This document shows, piece by piece, positions 1 through 13,360 of a DNA stretch of 64,000 nt. The translations under genes were made by a program, and so were the position numbers. The notes below the pieces were generated by a model. The model was not told where the DNA came from. It saw only the letters and a program-made list of their open reading frames with translations, and made no database searches. This DNA comes from the human T2T-CHM13v2.0 reference genome, Homo sapiens, in assembly GCF_009914755.1 (NCBI RefSeq), contig NC_060936.1; one strand, 5' to 3'. The number at the start of each line of letters is the position of its first letter. The stretch's first letter is position 1.

Positions 1-1387
1 GACCAGAGTCTGGGAGAGGTGCCAGTGGCCAGAGGTGGTTTCTCAAGGCCATAAAACACCTGTCTTCATAACTAGGAAATCACAGTTTCTGAAACAGAGA
101 CAGGATGACGCGCCTTCCTCAGATCTGGCATTTGTTTATGTAATGATCTACCTTCAAATTCAACCACACGCACGCACTCCATCTCTAACAGTTCTGCCAC
201 TTTTGATTCTGAGTTCTGCAGCAGGAGAAGGGAGCCACTTGTGTTTGCCGACACTGAGATCACACTAGTGGTGGGTTTTAGGGGCTCTGGGCTTTCCCGG
301 GCTCTGCTGTGGGTCTGTTTTTAAGGGCTGGAGCAAAGGCAAGAAAAAGAGGGCGAAGGGTTAGGAGAAGTGAGGAGACTGCATATTCATTTTCAATCCC
401 TGTCAGAGCTGCCCCCTTCTGCTGTGGGTTTCTTCTGAGGTCTCACTCCTCTAAGGAAGGGCCCGATTACAACCTCAGGTGTTTCCCATCAATGGAACTG
501 TCCTGTTCACATTGGTGCCTTGTTTGGATTATTTTCAAAAGGATTTTTTACTTTGATGTACAATGGACATAGGTCTGTATCTCTCATCTGAGGCTGAAAT
601 TGGAAAACGAGAGAAAAGAGAAGACATTGTGGAGAGTGCAGAGAAAACTCAGGGAGAAAAAGACGGGAAATCCCTGGGCTGGCTTGTGAAAGACTCCCAA
701 AGGGCCCTGTTGGGAGAACTGGCTGGTGCCTGCACTAAAGCCATCTACACAGAAATGCATCCTGCACGTTCCCACAGGTGCATGCCATAGAAGCAATGGC
801 CTGAGTTTCACTTCTCTCCTTTCCAATACCTTTGACTTAGGTTCCTTGGGGAACCAGGTGAGAGCCTGAGTGGGATGAGAAATATTTATGTGATTCTCAA
901 AGAGTTCATGAGTGTTCACATGGCTCCTTAGTGCATTCCTTCCTTCATTCATTCATTCATTCAGCATCCGACACCCATACATCAGGTACTCTGTTGGGTG
1001 TTCAGGGCCCAGAACTCAACTCATATTTTATCAGATAATATAGCTAAGGGGCATGCCTCAGACTTCATTAATGGGGATTGTTGACCCTGGGATGTAAGAG
1101 CAGGAAGTGGGATGGAGAAATACATAGAGTGTGGAGGGAATCCGACAGGTTTAGAGGCTTGAGGAGTATTGAATATTGTTGACAAGCAGCATAACATGGT
1201 GGTAAAGAGCCAACCTGGGATGTTTTTTAAGTGAATAGAAGCACTGCTCATAATTATGTCCACATAATTATGTGCAGGTGTAAACCAGAGTTAACCTCTG
1301 TCTCCCTTTCCTCTTCTGTAACATGCGGACAATGCGCATGCCTACCTCATGGGGTTGTGAGGATTAAAAGAGATAATGCTTACAAGG

Positions 1388-1710
1388 CAGGGGTCCCTGA
1401 CCCCCAGATCATGCCCCAGTAGGAACCAGCCTCACAGCAAGAGGTGAGTGGCAGGTGAACGAGCATTACCGCCTGAGCTCCGCCACCTGTCAGATAAGTG
1501 GTGGCATTAGATTCTCATAGGAGCACGAACCCTATTATGAATTCACATGTGAGAGATCTCAGTTGCACACTCCTTGTGAGAATTTAATGCCTGATGATCA
1601 GAGGTGGAACAGTTTCATCCCAAAACCATCCTCCCCCTACCTCCACCATCCGTGGAAAAATTGTCTTCCACGAAACCAGTCCCTGGTGCCAAAAAGGTTG
1701 GGGACCGCTG
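1388..1710. mobile_element. MER1B (hAT-Charlie MITE)
   Basis: Termini caggggtccc...ggggaccgctg; perfect 8-bp TSD TTACAAGG at 1380-1387 and 1711-1718. Confidence 0.9.
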
Positions 1711-1720
1711 TTACAAGGTA

Positions 1721-1959
1721 CAGTTGATCCTTGAACAGCATGTGTTTAAACTGTGTATGTCCACCTATACGTGCATATTTTTCAACCAAATACAGATCAA
1801 AAATACAGTATTTGCAGGATGCAAAACCCATATATACAGAGGGCCGACTTTTCACATGCAAGGGTTCTGCGGGACCGACTGCCAACCTTGCGTATGCATG
1901 GATTTTGCTATACTTGGGGATCTTGGAACCAATCCCCCGCATATACTGTGGGACAACTG
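1721..1959. mobile_element. MER8/Tigger2-type TcMar MITE
   Basis: cagttga...ggacaactg terminal inverted repeats, 239 bp, preceded by TA. Confidence 0.8.
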
Positions 1960-4734
1960 CTCTTAGTACCATGCCTGATGCATGGTACATGATAAACACT
2001 AGCCACGGTTATTCCTAGGCACACAAAATACACAGAGCCTTGGGCGATGCAGAAATGGTCCGAAACTACTGTGCCAGCAGTAAGTCTTGGAATCAGGCCA
2101 CATTTTTACCCAACCCAGTAAGGAGGGTAGTCACTCCAGTTTTATAGGTGAGAAGAACTGAGGCCCAAAGGCAAGGAGCAAGTTAGAAACAGAACTGGGA
2201 CTAGAGCCCAGGTCCCTGGGTGTAGGCCTAGCCCCCCTTAAGTTACAATAGTGTTTGGGGGCCTATTGAGAAGGGAAGGAATGTGTAGAGGTGACCCAAG
2301 CACCAAGACAGCTGTCACCTTCTGGACTTGATGACCTCACTAGCCCTGCTGGGATGGCAGAGGCCCTGCTGGTGCTGCCTCCTGGAACCCCACCCATGGG
2401 GCACCCCAGCTGCAGTCCCGCCTGGGGGCACCTCTTCCAACCCCACCAAGGGTTCTCCTTTTGCTGCGCCTTGCTTCCATCTTGTTGAAAACAGAGATGA
2501 AGGGCTTCTCTCACTCTACGGCACTTATCACTGTAGCCATTGCCTTCTTCCCACTTCTTTTAAATGACTTTCCTGTCTGAGCCAGTTTGCTTTGTTAAAC
2601 TGAGGTCTTGGTTTTCTCCAGGTAGATTTTTCATGGCCACTTGGGAACAGGGCCTTCCCTCACAACCATCGGAATACAGTGCACTAGCAGGCCGGTGGGC
2701 TGAGGGGCAGGGGTGCTGAGACTGCATCCCAGCCATCAGATTCGGGCTCTGGATGATGTATTTTTAGGGTTACCCAATCTTTTCCCATTGTCCTTCATCG
2801 GGAAGCTCTTAGAGAGTTGGGTCTAATCATTCCTTTACCCTTGTCTGGCACTGACGCCATAAAATTGAAGTGCATACTGTTCTTACAAATCCTCCATCCC
2901 ATTTGGTCCTCACAGCCACCATGCAAGGGAGACAAAGCCAGCCCAGCATCATCTCCATCTTACAGAGGAGGAAGGGAGGCTCTGGAGGTCACAGGATTTG
3001 TCCAGGGTCAAACTGCTGTAGGTGGCAGCTAGTACTCACACCCAGATCTTCAAACCTGCCAACTACTGGCTATTTTCTGTTTGCTTCATCACTGATTTTT
3101 GTCACAAGCACTGAAGTTCTCATTTCATAGGTCAGACTGCAGCTTTTAAAAAAGAAAAAATGATCTAGGAAAAACATAGCATGCATGTGGCATTGGAATA
3201 TAACCAAAAAAGAAAAAGAAACACAGGTAGCAAACCATCCAGGGACTCTGTGTGTATGTCTGCATCTGGAGAATAAGGACAAGCCAAACCACTTGCCTGA
3301 TGATAGGAGCAGAGTCCTGACTAAGACATGGAATGCAATTTGTTACTTGCAAATGAAGTTAAAAAAAAAAAAAAAGTCATGTACAAAAGTCATGTACTTA
3401 GGAAAACATGTCTCTCAGGGCATAGAGACAAAGAATTCTTAGTGCTAGGGTTTTAATTCGAGTTCTACTGCACCATCCATGTGACTCTGTAGTTAGCAAT
3501 CTGACCCTAAGTTTGGTCCAAAAGAGTTGCCTGAATTCATTTACCTGCACACAATGAACATGGTGATAGAAAAGGCCAGCAGTTGCTCAGAAACCCCAGC
3601 CCAGCCTGTGCCTCACTGTGCCACTGGCAGCCACTGGATCTCTTGGCCTCAGTCAAGGAGACAGAGGACCAGGGAGAAGGTGTGATTCCCTCCAGAGGGT
3701 TCTCCAAGCAGTTGGTTTCTTTGCAGTGACGGCCGTCATGGCACTGCTGACTCAGGTTCCCTTAAGGGTCGGAGAACACTGGCCCTGCTGCCTCCCACAG
3801 CCCCGACTGGGGTCTCTGCCCAGGGCAGATCCCCTCATTCTTAGCTTCCACCAGAGACCACCAAGCTAAAAGAAGCTACAAGAAACCCAAACTAGATCTG
3901 CACAAGGAAAAGTCAAACGTCTGCTCTGCGTGTCTGGGTCTCACTTACTGGGTCTCAAACATCTGCTCTCATGTGTCTGGGTATCCACTTACTGTTCTGT
4001 GCCTCAGTTTTCTCCTCTATAAAAAGGGATGATGATTCCATCATGGGATTATTTTTAGGATTAAATTAATTAATGCACATGCATCACTTGGTTTGCTGCC
4101 TAGCATGTAGTTAGCATTTAGTAAATGTTTATGTTTATAATTACTGTATCCGCCAATCAAAATCTTGTTGGTAGCTGTGGAAAGAACACTGGCCTGGGAG
4201 ACAGGAAACCAGATCCTGCCCTGCTACTAATCTGCAGTGTGACTTTGGCCACAGTGTGACCTCCTGTTCCCCCACCCCAAGCTCCACCAAGCTTGCTTGA
4301 TTCTCACACAAAGGAGCTGAGCTCGGGATCCTTTTGGCTCCTTCCAGCTGCCCCATTCCAAGAGTCTGAGGAAGTCTCACTTCTATGACTGCTTCAGGAA
4401 GATGGACAGTCACAGTGTCCACTCATCGGGAATGGAGCAGGAAAGTGAAAATTAACTAAGAGGGAAACGGGCACAGAAGGACAAGGCTGTTGGCATGGGG
4501 TGTGGAAATCCACCATGCAGGGGCTGTAACCAAGTTTCATTAGAGGCCTAAATTAAGTTATAAATTAAACCATTTAGACTGTTTTTTCCTTTCCAGCTGT
4601 CTTTGGCCATCAAGCAGGCATGACCTCTTGTTGGCCAAGAACTCAGAGGTAGAAACTGGCACTTATTTAACTGCAGGGGTGGGGAGTGGAGTCTAGCTTA
4701 CCCCCATAGCAAACACACTAGTTTTGTGGAGAGT

Positions 4735-5403
4735 TTTCTTTTTTTTTTAAATGACAGATAAAACTGTATGTATTTACCATGTACAACATGATTTTTGAAG
4801 CATATATACATTGTGGAATGACTAAGTCTAAATAACAAAGGTAGTACTTCATATAATTATCATTTTGTGGTGAGAGCATGTAACATTCACTCTCTTAGTA
4901 TTTTTCAGGAATACAATATATTATTAACTATAGTTATCATGTTGTACAATGGATCTCTTGAACTTATTCCTCTTGTCTAAAAATTCTGTACCCTTTGACC
5001 ATCATCTCCCTAATCCCCCTCACAATCCCCCAGCCCCTAGGAACCACCATTCTATTTCTATGGGATCAACAATTTTAGATTTCGCATGTGAGTAAGATCA
5101 TATGTTATTTGTCTTCCTGTGCCTGGCTTATTTCGCTTAACATAAGCCATTTCTGTGTCTATATCCAAAGGAAGTGAAATCAGTATGTGAAAGAGATATC
5201 TGCACTCCCATGTCCATGTCAGCACTGTTCACAATAGCCAAGATATGGAATCAACCTAAGTGTCCATCAACAGATGAATGGATAAAGAGAATGTGTATAT
5301 ATACACAATGGAAGACTGTTTGGTCTTTTAAAAGAAGGAAATCCTGTTGCTTGTGACAATATGGTTGAACCTGGAAGACATTATTTAAAGTGAAATATGC
5401 CAG
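4735..5403 (-). mobile_element. Old L1 (L1MA-like) 3' end with 5' inversion
   Basis: Poly(T) then antisense L1 3' UTR to ~5145, followed by sense-oriented ORF2 C-terminal sequence ([22 protein letters not shown]). Confidence 0.8.
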
Positions 5404-6749
5404 CTTTGTTTTTATTTTAGAAGCACCAAGTTCCCCAGAAGCCCTCCCCTGAGTATGGGGTGCTCCCTGAGTATGGGGTGCTCCCCTCTTAGGGAATAGA
5501 GAGTCAGAGTCCCCCAACCTGAGCTTTTGCTAATGGGAGCTTTTGCTAAAAAGCTGATAGGATCCTAAGAGTAGAGGATGTGGAGAAAGGGAGGAAAGTC
5601 ACAACTAAGTGAGGCCAACCAGACTGTTCCAGGCCCTAACCCGAACCTGACTTCCCAGTGCTTCCTGTTGCACTGGCCCATGCTGCCCAGCCATTCCCCC
5701 AGGCCTTTGCTCACACTGCCCCATCTGACTGGGCAGCCCCTCCTCCTTTTCTGCCCTCAGAAACCCTGCCTGTCCTCAAGGACCAGATTAAATGCCCCTT
5801 CCTTTTGCCATCCCCCTGCCCCCACCACCCCTGTCTGGCAGAATGAACACCCCTCCCTCTGTGTTCCCATTATCAACACAGGCCAGCATCTTGAAAGCGC
5901 TCCCCAGTGTCTGGAAGTTGTTTATATGCCTATGGCCCATCCTCCATGGCTTCTGTCAGCTCCTGAAGGAGTAAGTCCAGTGGTTCTAAGTACCAGGCCT
6001 GGCACCTGCTGGGGACTCCATACATGTTTGAGTGTGTAAAGGATGCAGCTGGCCCAGGGCCTGAAAATGCCTTGTATTTATGTCTGATTTATAAAAATCA
6101 GCTCCCAAGCACTCCCCAACTCTCTGCCACCCATCACCATTAAAGGACTCAGCTCTGCCCCTCAGCCAACAGTTGTGGTCCCTCTGCTCCTGGTCGCTGG
6201 CCCTGGATGGAGCCTTGCCCTGTTCACTAGGACTCCCAGCACATCTGGCCAGCCAGCTGGGCCCTTTCTACATGTCCCTTGTCTTCTCGGTGCTTGAGCC
6301 TCATTCACTTAGGGAAGAGGGGATGCAGCCGAAGACACAATGATCCCCAAGTCTCACAGCCCATGACATTACACATCCGGCCCTGAAGAAAGTCGCCAAA
6401 ATCCATCACCTCACCATCAAGGCATTTGCGGTTGCTTTTCTGAGATGTCGTATGGTGTGGGTCCTGTCTATGACATTAATGGCCCCCAGGGCCTGCTGGC
6501 TCCCCCTGAATCCCAGCTTTGTTCTGCAGTCAGAACCTCAGCCTGGAAGAAGGCCCGCTGAGGCCCATTACCAGGATATCTGGGAAATCCTTGACATTTC
6601 AACAGGAACTGTGTCCTAAGTGTGAGTTTGCATGAGAGGACAGGGCCAGCCTTGTGCTCCGCCCCGCTCAGTTAGTTTGTTTCAGATGTGAAGGATACTT
6701 ACACTGCAGGGTCCTGAACTTTCAGAACTGAAAGGGGCCTTGAAGAAAA

Positions 6750-7015
6750 TTGATTCAAAGTGTGGTTCCGAGACAAGCAGCATCTGGGAGCAGTGGCCAG
6801 CCATCCTGGTTTAACACTGAACAGCACTACCATATTCCAAGAAATCCCCCTGTCCTGGGCAAATGGGGATCATTAGTCACCCTTCTGAGAGCAAATTCTC
6901 CAGTGTCTCACCCTAAACCTAATGAATCAGAAACTTTGGGGGTAGACCCAGCAATTTGTGTTTTAACAAACCCTCCAGATAATTCTGAGACTTGCTCAGG
7001 AGAACCACTCTACTG
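6750..7015. mobile_element. MER5A with nested MER81-like hAT element (~6791-6883)
   Basis: MER5A motifs tcaaagtgtggtt and gaatcagaaactttggggg...aacaaaccctccag, interrupted by ...cctgggcaaatggggatcattagtcaccct. Confidence 0.6.
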
Positions 7016-8042
7016 ATAGCTGGGAAAACAAACACCCCGAGAAGACAGTAACATGCCTTACCAAGCACAGGCAGCAAAGAGCAGACCCAGAGAAAGGGTC
7101 CTGACTGCACTGTGTGGTTCAGCTGCCCCAGCTCAAGCCAACAGGCTCGGAGGGTTACCCAATCAAACTCCATCAGCCTGCTAAGTAAATATGGTACTGA
7201 AAAGGACCCAGATCACTTGCTGTGGTTCCTGGGCGCCGGGTGCTGCTCTGGGGATCTGGGAAGGTGGGGACAGCCACCTTCAGAGAGGATGGGATTCCTC
7301 TGAGCCCTGGAGCATTCAGACAGGCAGAGAGGAGCAGGTGTTTCTGATTCAGATCACAGCGTGAATGAAAGCCCAGAGCAAGGATGCAGCAGGGCCTTTC
7401 AGAGGCCAAAGAAAAGACCAGCTTCACGGAGGTGGGGGGTCTGGGGGTACAGTCCCTCTCCTTTGGGGCTGTCCCTGGGGCTGTCCGTGATTCTGTGTCC
7501 AGTGTTGATTACCACCCCCAGGTGGGAGTCTCTGCCTTGCCTGCCCCCTACTGTCTGGCTTTTGCCCCTTAGGGACACCTCCTCCCATTGGTTCAAGAAG
7601 CCCAATTCCTGTGAACAGAAATAACCTACTTAGGAAGGCCCGTCTGCTTCCCAGAAATCAGAAGACACTCCCCAGAGCTCAGTGAAAACAATTTCAGGGG
7701 ATTATCCAAAGCCCAGGTCCCTCCGTTCACTGGCAGGGGCAGATAAGCCCACATCAAGTGGCATATGTTTGCTTCTGTCCAGGGTCTACTGCAGCCATTA
7801 CCATGCCCATCTCATGTGTCACTCTCTAGGCAAAGAAAAATTGTGGGGTACAACAAGGTCCTAGACAGGGGAGTCCATTAGGACAGCCAGGAGGAGGGCT
7901 GGAAGTGGTTGCTAGAAATAGTAGCTCCTCCTTCAGCCCTGTCCCCTTTCCCTTGAGGCAGCAGAGCTAAGTGGGTTTTGGAGCCTTTCACAGTGCACCA
8001 GGCATGCTCCAGCCTCCCTTCCTTACAACACAAAAGTGCTTC

Positions 8043-10314
8043 TGTATTAGTCCGTTTTCATGCTGCTGATAATGACATACCTGAGACTGGGAAGAAAAAG
8101 AGGTTTAATTGGACTTACAGTTCCACATGGCTGAGGAGGCCTCAGAATCATGGCAGGAGGCAAAAGGCACTTCCTACATGGTGGTGGCAAAAGAAAATGA
8201 GAGAGAAGCAAGAACAGAAACCCCGATAAACCCATCAGATCTCATGAGACTTATTCACTGTCACGAGAATAGTATGTGAAAGACTGGTCCCATGATTCAG
8301 TTACCTCCCCGGGGGTCCCTCCCACAACATATGGGAATTCTGGGAGATATAATTCAAGTTGACATTTGGGTGAGGACACAGCCAAACCTTATCATTCTGC
8401 CCCTAGCCCCTCCAAATCTCATGTCCTCACATTTCGAAACCAATCATGCCTTCCCATCCATCCCCCAAAGTCTTATTTCAGCATTAACCCAAAGGTCCAG
8501 AGTCCAAAGTCTCATCTGAGACAAGGCAAGTCCCTTCCGCCTATGAGCCTGTAAAATCAAAAGTGAGCTAGTTACTTCCTAGGTACAATGGTGGTACAGG
8601 TATTGGGTAAATACAGCCATTCCAAATGGGAGAAATTGGCCAAAACAAAGGGGTTACAGGGCCCATGCAAGTCCAAAATCCAGCAGGGCAGTCAAATTTT
8701 AAAGCTCCAAAATGATCTCCTTTGACTCCAGCTCTCACATCCAGGTCATGTTGATGTAAGAGGTGGGTTCCCATGGTCTTAGGCAGCTCTGCTCCTATGG
8801 CTTTGCAGGGTACAGCTGCTTTCACAGGCTGGCATCGAGTGTCTGCAGCTTTTCCAGGCGCATGGTGCAAGCTGTTGGTGGATCTACCATTCTGGGGTCT
8901 GGAGGACAGTGGCCCCCTTCTCACAGCTCCACTAGGCAGTGCCCCAGTAGGAACTCTGTGTGGGGGCTCTAACCCCACATTTCCCTTCCACACTGCCCTA
9001 GCAGAGGTTCTCCATGAGGGCGCCGCCCCTGCAGCAAACTTTTGCCTGGGCATCCAGGTGTTTCCATGTGTCTTCTGAAATCTAGGCAGAGGTTCCCAAA
9101 CCTCAGTTCTTGACTTCTGTGCACCCACAGGCCCAACACCACGTGGAAGCTGCCAAGGCTTGGGGCTTCCACCCTCTGAAGCCACAGCCCGAGCTTTATG
9201 TTGGCCCCTTTTAGTTACAGCTGGAGCAGCTGGAACACAGGGCACCAAGTCCCTAGGCTGCACACAGCAGAGGGACCCTGGACTCGTCCCACAAAACCAC
9301 TTTTTCCTTCTTGACTTCTGGGCCTGTGATGGGAGGGGCTGCCATGAAGACCTCTGACATGCCCTGGAGATATTTTCCCCATTGTCTTGGGGATTAACAT
9401 TTGGCTCCTCATTACTTATGCAAATTTCTGCAGCTGGCTTGGATTTCTCCTCAGAAAATGAAGTTTTCTACTGCATTGTCAGGCTGCGAATTTCCCAAAC
9501 TCTCATGCTCTGCTTCCCTTATGAAACTGAATGCTTTTAATAGCACCCAAGTCATCTCTTGAATGCTTTGCTGCTTAGAAATTTCTTCCACCAGATACCC
9601 TAAATCATCTCTCTCAAGTTCAAGGTTTCACAAATCTCTAGGGCACGGACAAAATGCTGGCAGTCTCTTTGGTAAAACATACAAGAGTCACCTTTGCTCC
9701 AGTTCCCAACAAGTTCCTCATCTCCATCTGAGACCACCTCAGCCTGGACCTTATTGTTCATATCACCATCAACATTTTTGTCAAAGCCATTCAACAAATC
9801 TCTAGGAAGTTCCAAACTTTCCCACATTTTCCTGTCTTCTGAGCTCTCCAAACTGTTCCAACCTCTGCCTGTTACCCAGTTCCAAAGTTGCTTTCACATT
9901 TTCTGGTATCTTTTCAGCAACATCCCACTCTACTGGTACTAATTTACTATATTAGTCCATTTTCACACTGCTGATAAAGACGTACCCGAGACTGGGAGGA
10001 AAAAGAGGTTTAATTGGACTTACAGTTCCACATGGCTGGGGAGGCCTCAGAATCATGGTGGGAAGCAAAAGGCACTTCTTACATGGTGGCAGCAAGAGAA
10101 AATGAGAAAGATGCAAAAGCCGAAACTCATGATAAACCCATCAGATCTCGTGAGACTTATTCACTATCATGAGAATAGTACGTGAGAATAGTATGTGAAA
10201 GACTGGCCCCCATGATTCAATTACCTCCCCCTGGGTCCCTCCCACAGCACATGGGAATTCTGGGAGATACAATTCAAGTTGAGATTTGAGTGGGGACACA
10301 GCCAAACCATATCA
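8043..10314 (-). mobile_element. Full-length THE1C ERVL-MaLR provirus (LTRs 8043-8394 and 9948-10314, internal 8395-9947)
   Basis: Two ~360 bp direct LTRs, ~1.55 kb THE1-int, perfect 5-bp TSD GCTTC (8038-8042 and 10315-10319). Confidence 0.93.
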
Positions 10315-11559
10315 GCTTCCTTTCCCAGGCCTCCTAGCTGCTTCCCTCCTGGCCTTGTCATTTGAAAATATCCACCTCCAGGTCTCATTTCCTCCCACCT
10401 CATGGGGCACCCCTAACCCTCCACCTGTCCTCCACAGATGAAAGTGAGCGCTTGCTAGTCCTCATTTGACTGACACCTCTTGACAGCATGTGGCACTGTG
10501 GGCCACCCTGTCTTCCCTGGCTTCCAGGACCCTGCACTCCCCTGGTTCTCCTTCTACCCTCCCCCTCGCACATCATTTTGCTGCCTAGTTGCTTCTTCCT
10601 CCAGTGGCTCTCTTTTTAGACAGCAGGGCTCCTCCTTAGAATCTTTCCTCCCCTGCCTCTTACACACACTGCCTGCCTGATGGGACCTCCTCTCTATGCT
10701 GTTCAGGCATCTGTCCCCTACTCTCCATTCCCCCCACCCCCTTCTCTTTCTTGGACTTAAGCATCACCATCCTGGGGTTGGCATCACCTTCAGGATGTGA
10801 ATCCTAGTCCCTGAGCTTGGCATGTAAGGTCGCTCTTGACTTGACCCCCTACATACCCTTCAGCTCTCACTCCCTCCACTCATACTCTGTACCAGTGGCC
10901 TCCAAAGTGGAGACAGACAGTACACTGGGGTGCAGAGAGGACTTACTAGAATCTGTATCCCTAATTATTTTTTCCTTTAAACAATGCAGAATTAAACTTT
11001 GAATATCTGCAACATAGATTGACAATAGTACGTGAATAATATTTATCAATAAATTAGCGGGGGCAGTTGTACAGTCAGAATTGCTTGGCCACCACTGCAC
11101 GGCATTGTCTCTGGTCTTGCTGTGTGAGACCTGCTGTGCCTCAGCATGGGATGCTCTCACACCCCTTAGTACCCACTGCTTCCTCTGCTGTACCAGGGTG
11201 ATGTTAGCTGTGAGCAATAGCATATTCAAACATGTAGCTGAAAGAAACTACAAGTTTGTCTTTCTCTCATGTACACTCAGTTTGCAGGTAAGCAGCTCAG
11301 GGATGGTATGGCAGCTCTAAAATCATCTGAGACCCAGACTCCTTGAACTTATTGACCTGCCCTTTTCAACCCATGGTTTCCAGCTCATGGCCCAGGATGG
11401 CTGCTTGAGCTCCAGCCATAACATCAGCATTCCCACCAACAGAAAGAAAGGGAGAAGAGAGACATCCCCTACACACACACATTGAGGATACCTCTGATTA
11501 TTAGAGATAAAGAATGGCATTTATTAATGATTAAGAATTTGATCTACCAGAATGATATC

Positions 11560-11835
11560 ACAACTCCAAATTTCTTTACAACCTATAAAATATCTACAAA
11601 ATATATGAAGCAAAAATTAACAGTATTAAGTGAGGGATAAATAAATTCACAATCATAGTGAGAGTCTGTAATATACCTTTTTCAATAGCCAATAGAACAT
11701 GTCAGTAAGGATATAGAAGACGTGAAAAGTACAATTAACGAATTTGATCTAACTGACACATACAGAATTCTGTACCCTATAATGACAGGATTCTCATTCT
11801 TTTCAAATGTGTGTGAAACATATATCAAAAAATGA
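11560..11835 (+). mobile_element. L1M ORF2 (endonuclease region) fragment, apparently inside an MLT1-type LTR (~11190-12020)
   Basis: AT-rich agtaaggatatagaagac...gatctaactgacacatacaga matches L1 ORF2; flanks carry the MLT1-like ggctgcttgagctccagccat and ggaggctgggaaatgt. Confidence 0.55.
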
Positions 11836-12069
11836 TCCTTGTAAGAAGTTGCCTATACCACTTCTTATATACCATTTCCTGGCCAGCAGTGAATCCTGGC
11901 TATACCTAGCAGGACAGGAGGCTGGGAAATGTTGTCTGTTCCAGGTGACTAAGTATCTAACTAAAATTGAGAAGTTCTATTCTAACAAATATTCTAACAA
12001 ATATTAGGGGAACCAGCAGTCTCTGGTCGCTCCCCTTCCTCCTTTGCCCTGGTAGATCTGGTCCTGTGA

Positions 12070-12310
12070 GTATTGCACAGTGGGTAAAAGCTTGAGCCCA
12101 GAGGCAGAGATTCTTTATTCAGCTCTGGCTTTGTCATGTACTTGCTATGTGACTTTGGATGAATTATTTAACCTGTCTAAACCTCGATTATATTATGAAA
12201 TGGAAATAACCCTATTTCATAGGGGTATTGGGAAGATGGACCGAAATAATGAGTGTAAAGCACTTAGTTCTGTACCTGGCACATAGTAAGTGTTCCATAA
12301 ATACTAGCTA
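12070..12310 (+). mobile_element. MIR
   Basis: gtgactttggatgaattatttaacc...aagcacttagttctgtacctggcacatagtaag. Confidence 0.7.
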
Positions 12311-13360
12311 CACAGGGAGGTTAAATAACTTGCCCAAGGTCACACAGCCAGTAAAATGGCAAAGCTAGCTTTCAGATCCAGTCATCTGGCTGCAGGCTGG
12401 TACTGACACTTCTTTGGAGCCTCTGCCACCCTGGGCCCCAAATATGGTGTTAGGGGAAAGGAGCACTGAATGGTGGAGAATAGGAAACTCAACTACAGAT
12501 TAGCCATGTGACCTTAGAAAAGTCATTTTTAAATATGCATCTTAAATATGTAAAATTCCTCATTCTTTCTGCAGAAGATTGAATTAAGTGAGCCCAAAGG
12601 TTTCCCCTGACCCTGACATTTTGTGGTTCTATTTTCCCCACCACTAATGACTGAAATTTTACCATTAGAATGGTTTCTTTTCCTTAAGCCTTGTCTTCTG
12701 CCTGAAGTTCTTTTTAAAAAATACAATTTTCCTTTAGAGGGCAGGGCCCTGACTCTGTGGTTTGAGTGAGTGAATCAGGCCCCTTTGCTGCAAGTAGAGA
12801 GAAAGCTCTGGGGCAGAAGTCCAGTGGCCCTGCCTGGGAGGGGAGGGAGACTGCAGACAGGAGTGGCCAGGCCCCACAAACTCTGCCACTTGCTAAGGGC
12901 CTGCGGTGGCCCAGGAGACGCTGCACCTGGTCTCTTGTCAGGACTGACTGCATAATGGCCGTGAAATCGCTCCCATTAGATCCCCTGGCCGACCCCATCC
13001 ACGGACATTTCTTACAGGCTTCCTTTTTTTCTCCTTTTATATTTATTCCACCACCCTACCTCGAAAACTGAATTGGAGAAAAATGAGTTTTGTGTTTTCT
13101 TAACGAGAAGACTAGCAGTCTTAAATTACCTTCTTCAATGTCTGCAAATAGAAATCACAAATAAGTCAGCCACATTGTCTTTTCCCTCTTCCTTTCTTCC
13201 TGTCTCAGTGAGCCCATGAGCTTGAAATAAGAGGCAGAACAGTGGCTCAGAGGAAATAATTGGGGCGTGGTCAAGCACCAGCCCAGGAGGCAAGAATAGG
13301 ATGAAAGGATGGTCCAGTTGGGGGTTGGAAATAATGGAGGAAGAGATGGAAATGCTAAAT

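Larger units (their letters stand above)
1290..2005 (+). mobile_element. MIR SINE split by two DNA transposon insertions
   Basis: cctacctcatggggttgtgaggattaaaagagataatgc before the insertions and cttagtaccatgcctg after them match the continuous MIR 3' core. Confidence 0.7.

Noticed and set aside
8568-9263. 231-aa ORF on the minus strand, the longest in the track
   Set aside because: Lies wholly within the THE1C internal region and is a remnant of the MaLR internal ORF, not a host gene.
1-13300. TSPAN11 promoter and exon 1
   Set aside because: No CpG island or convincing first exon; probably upstream of the window.
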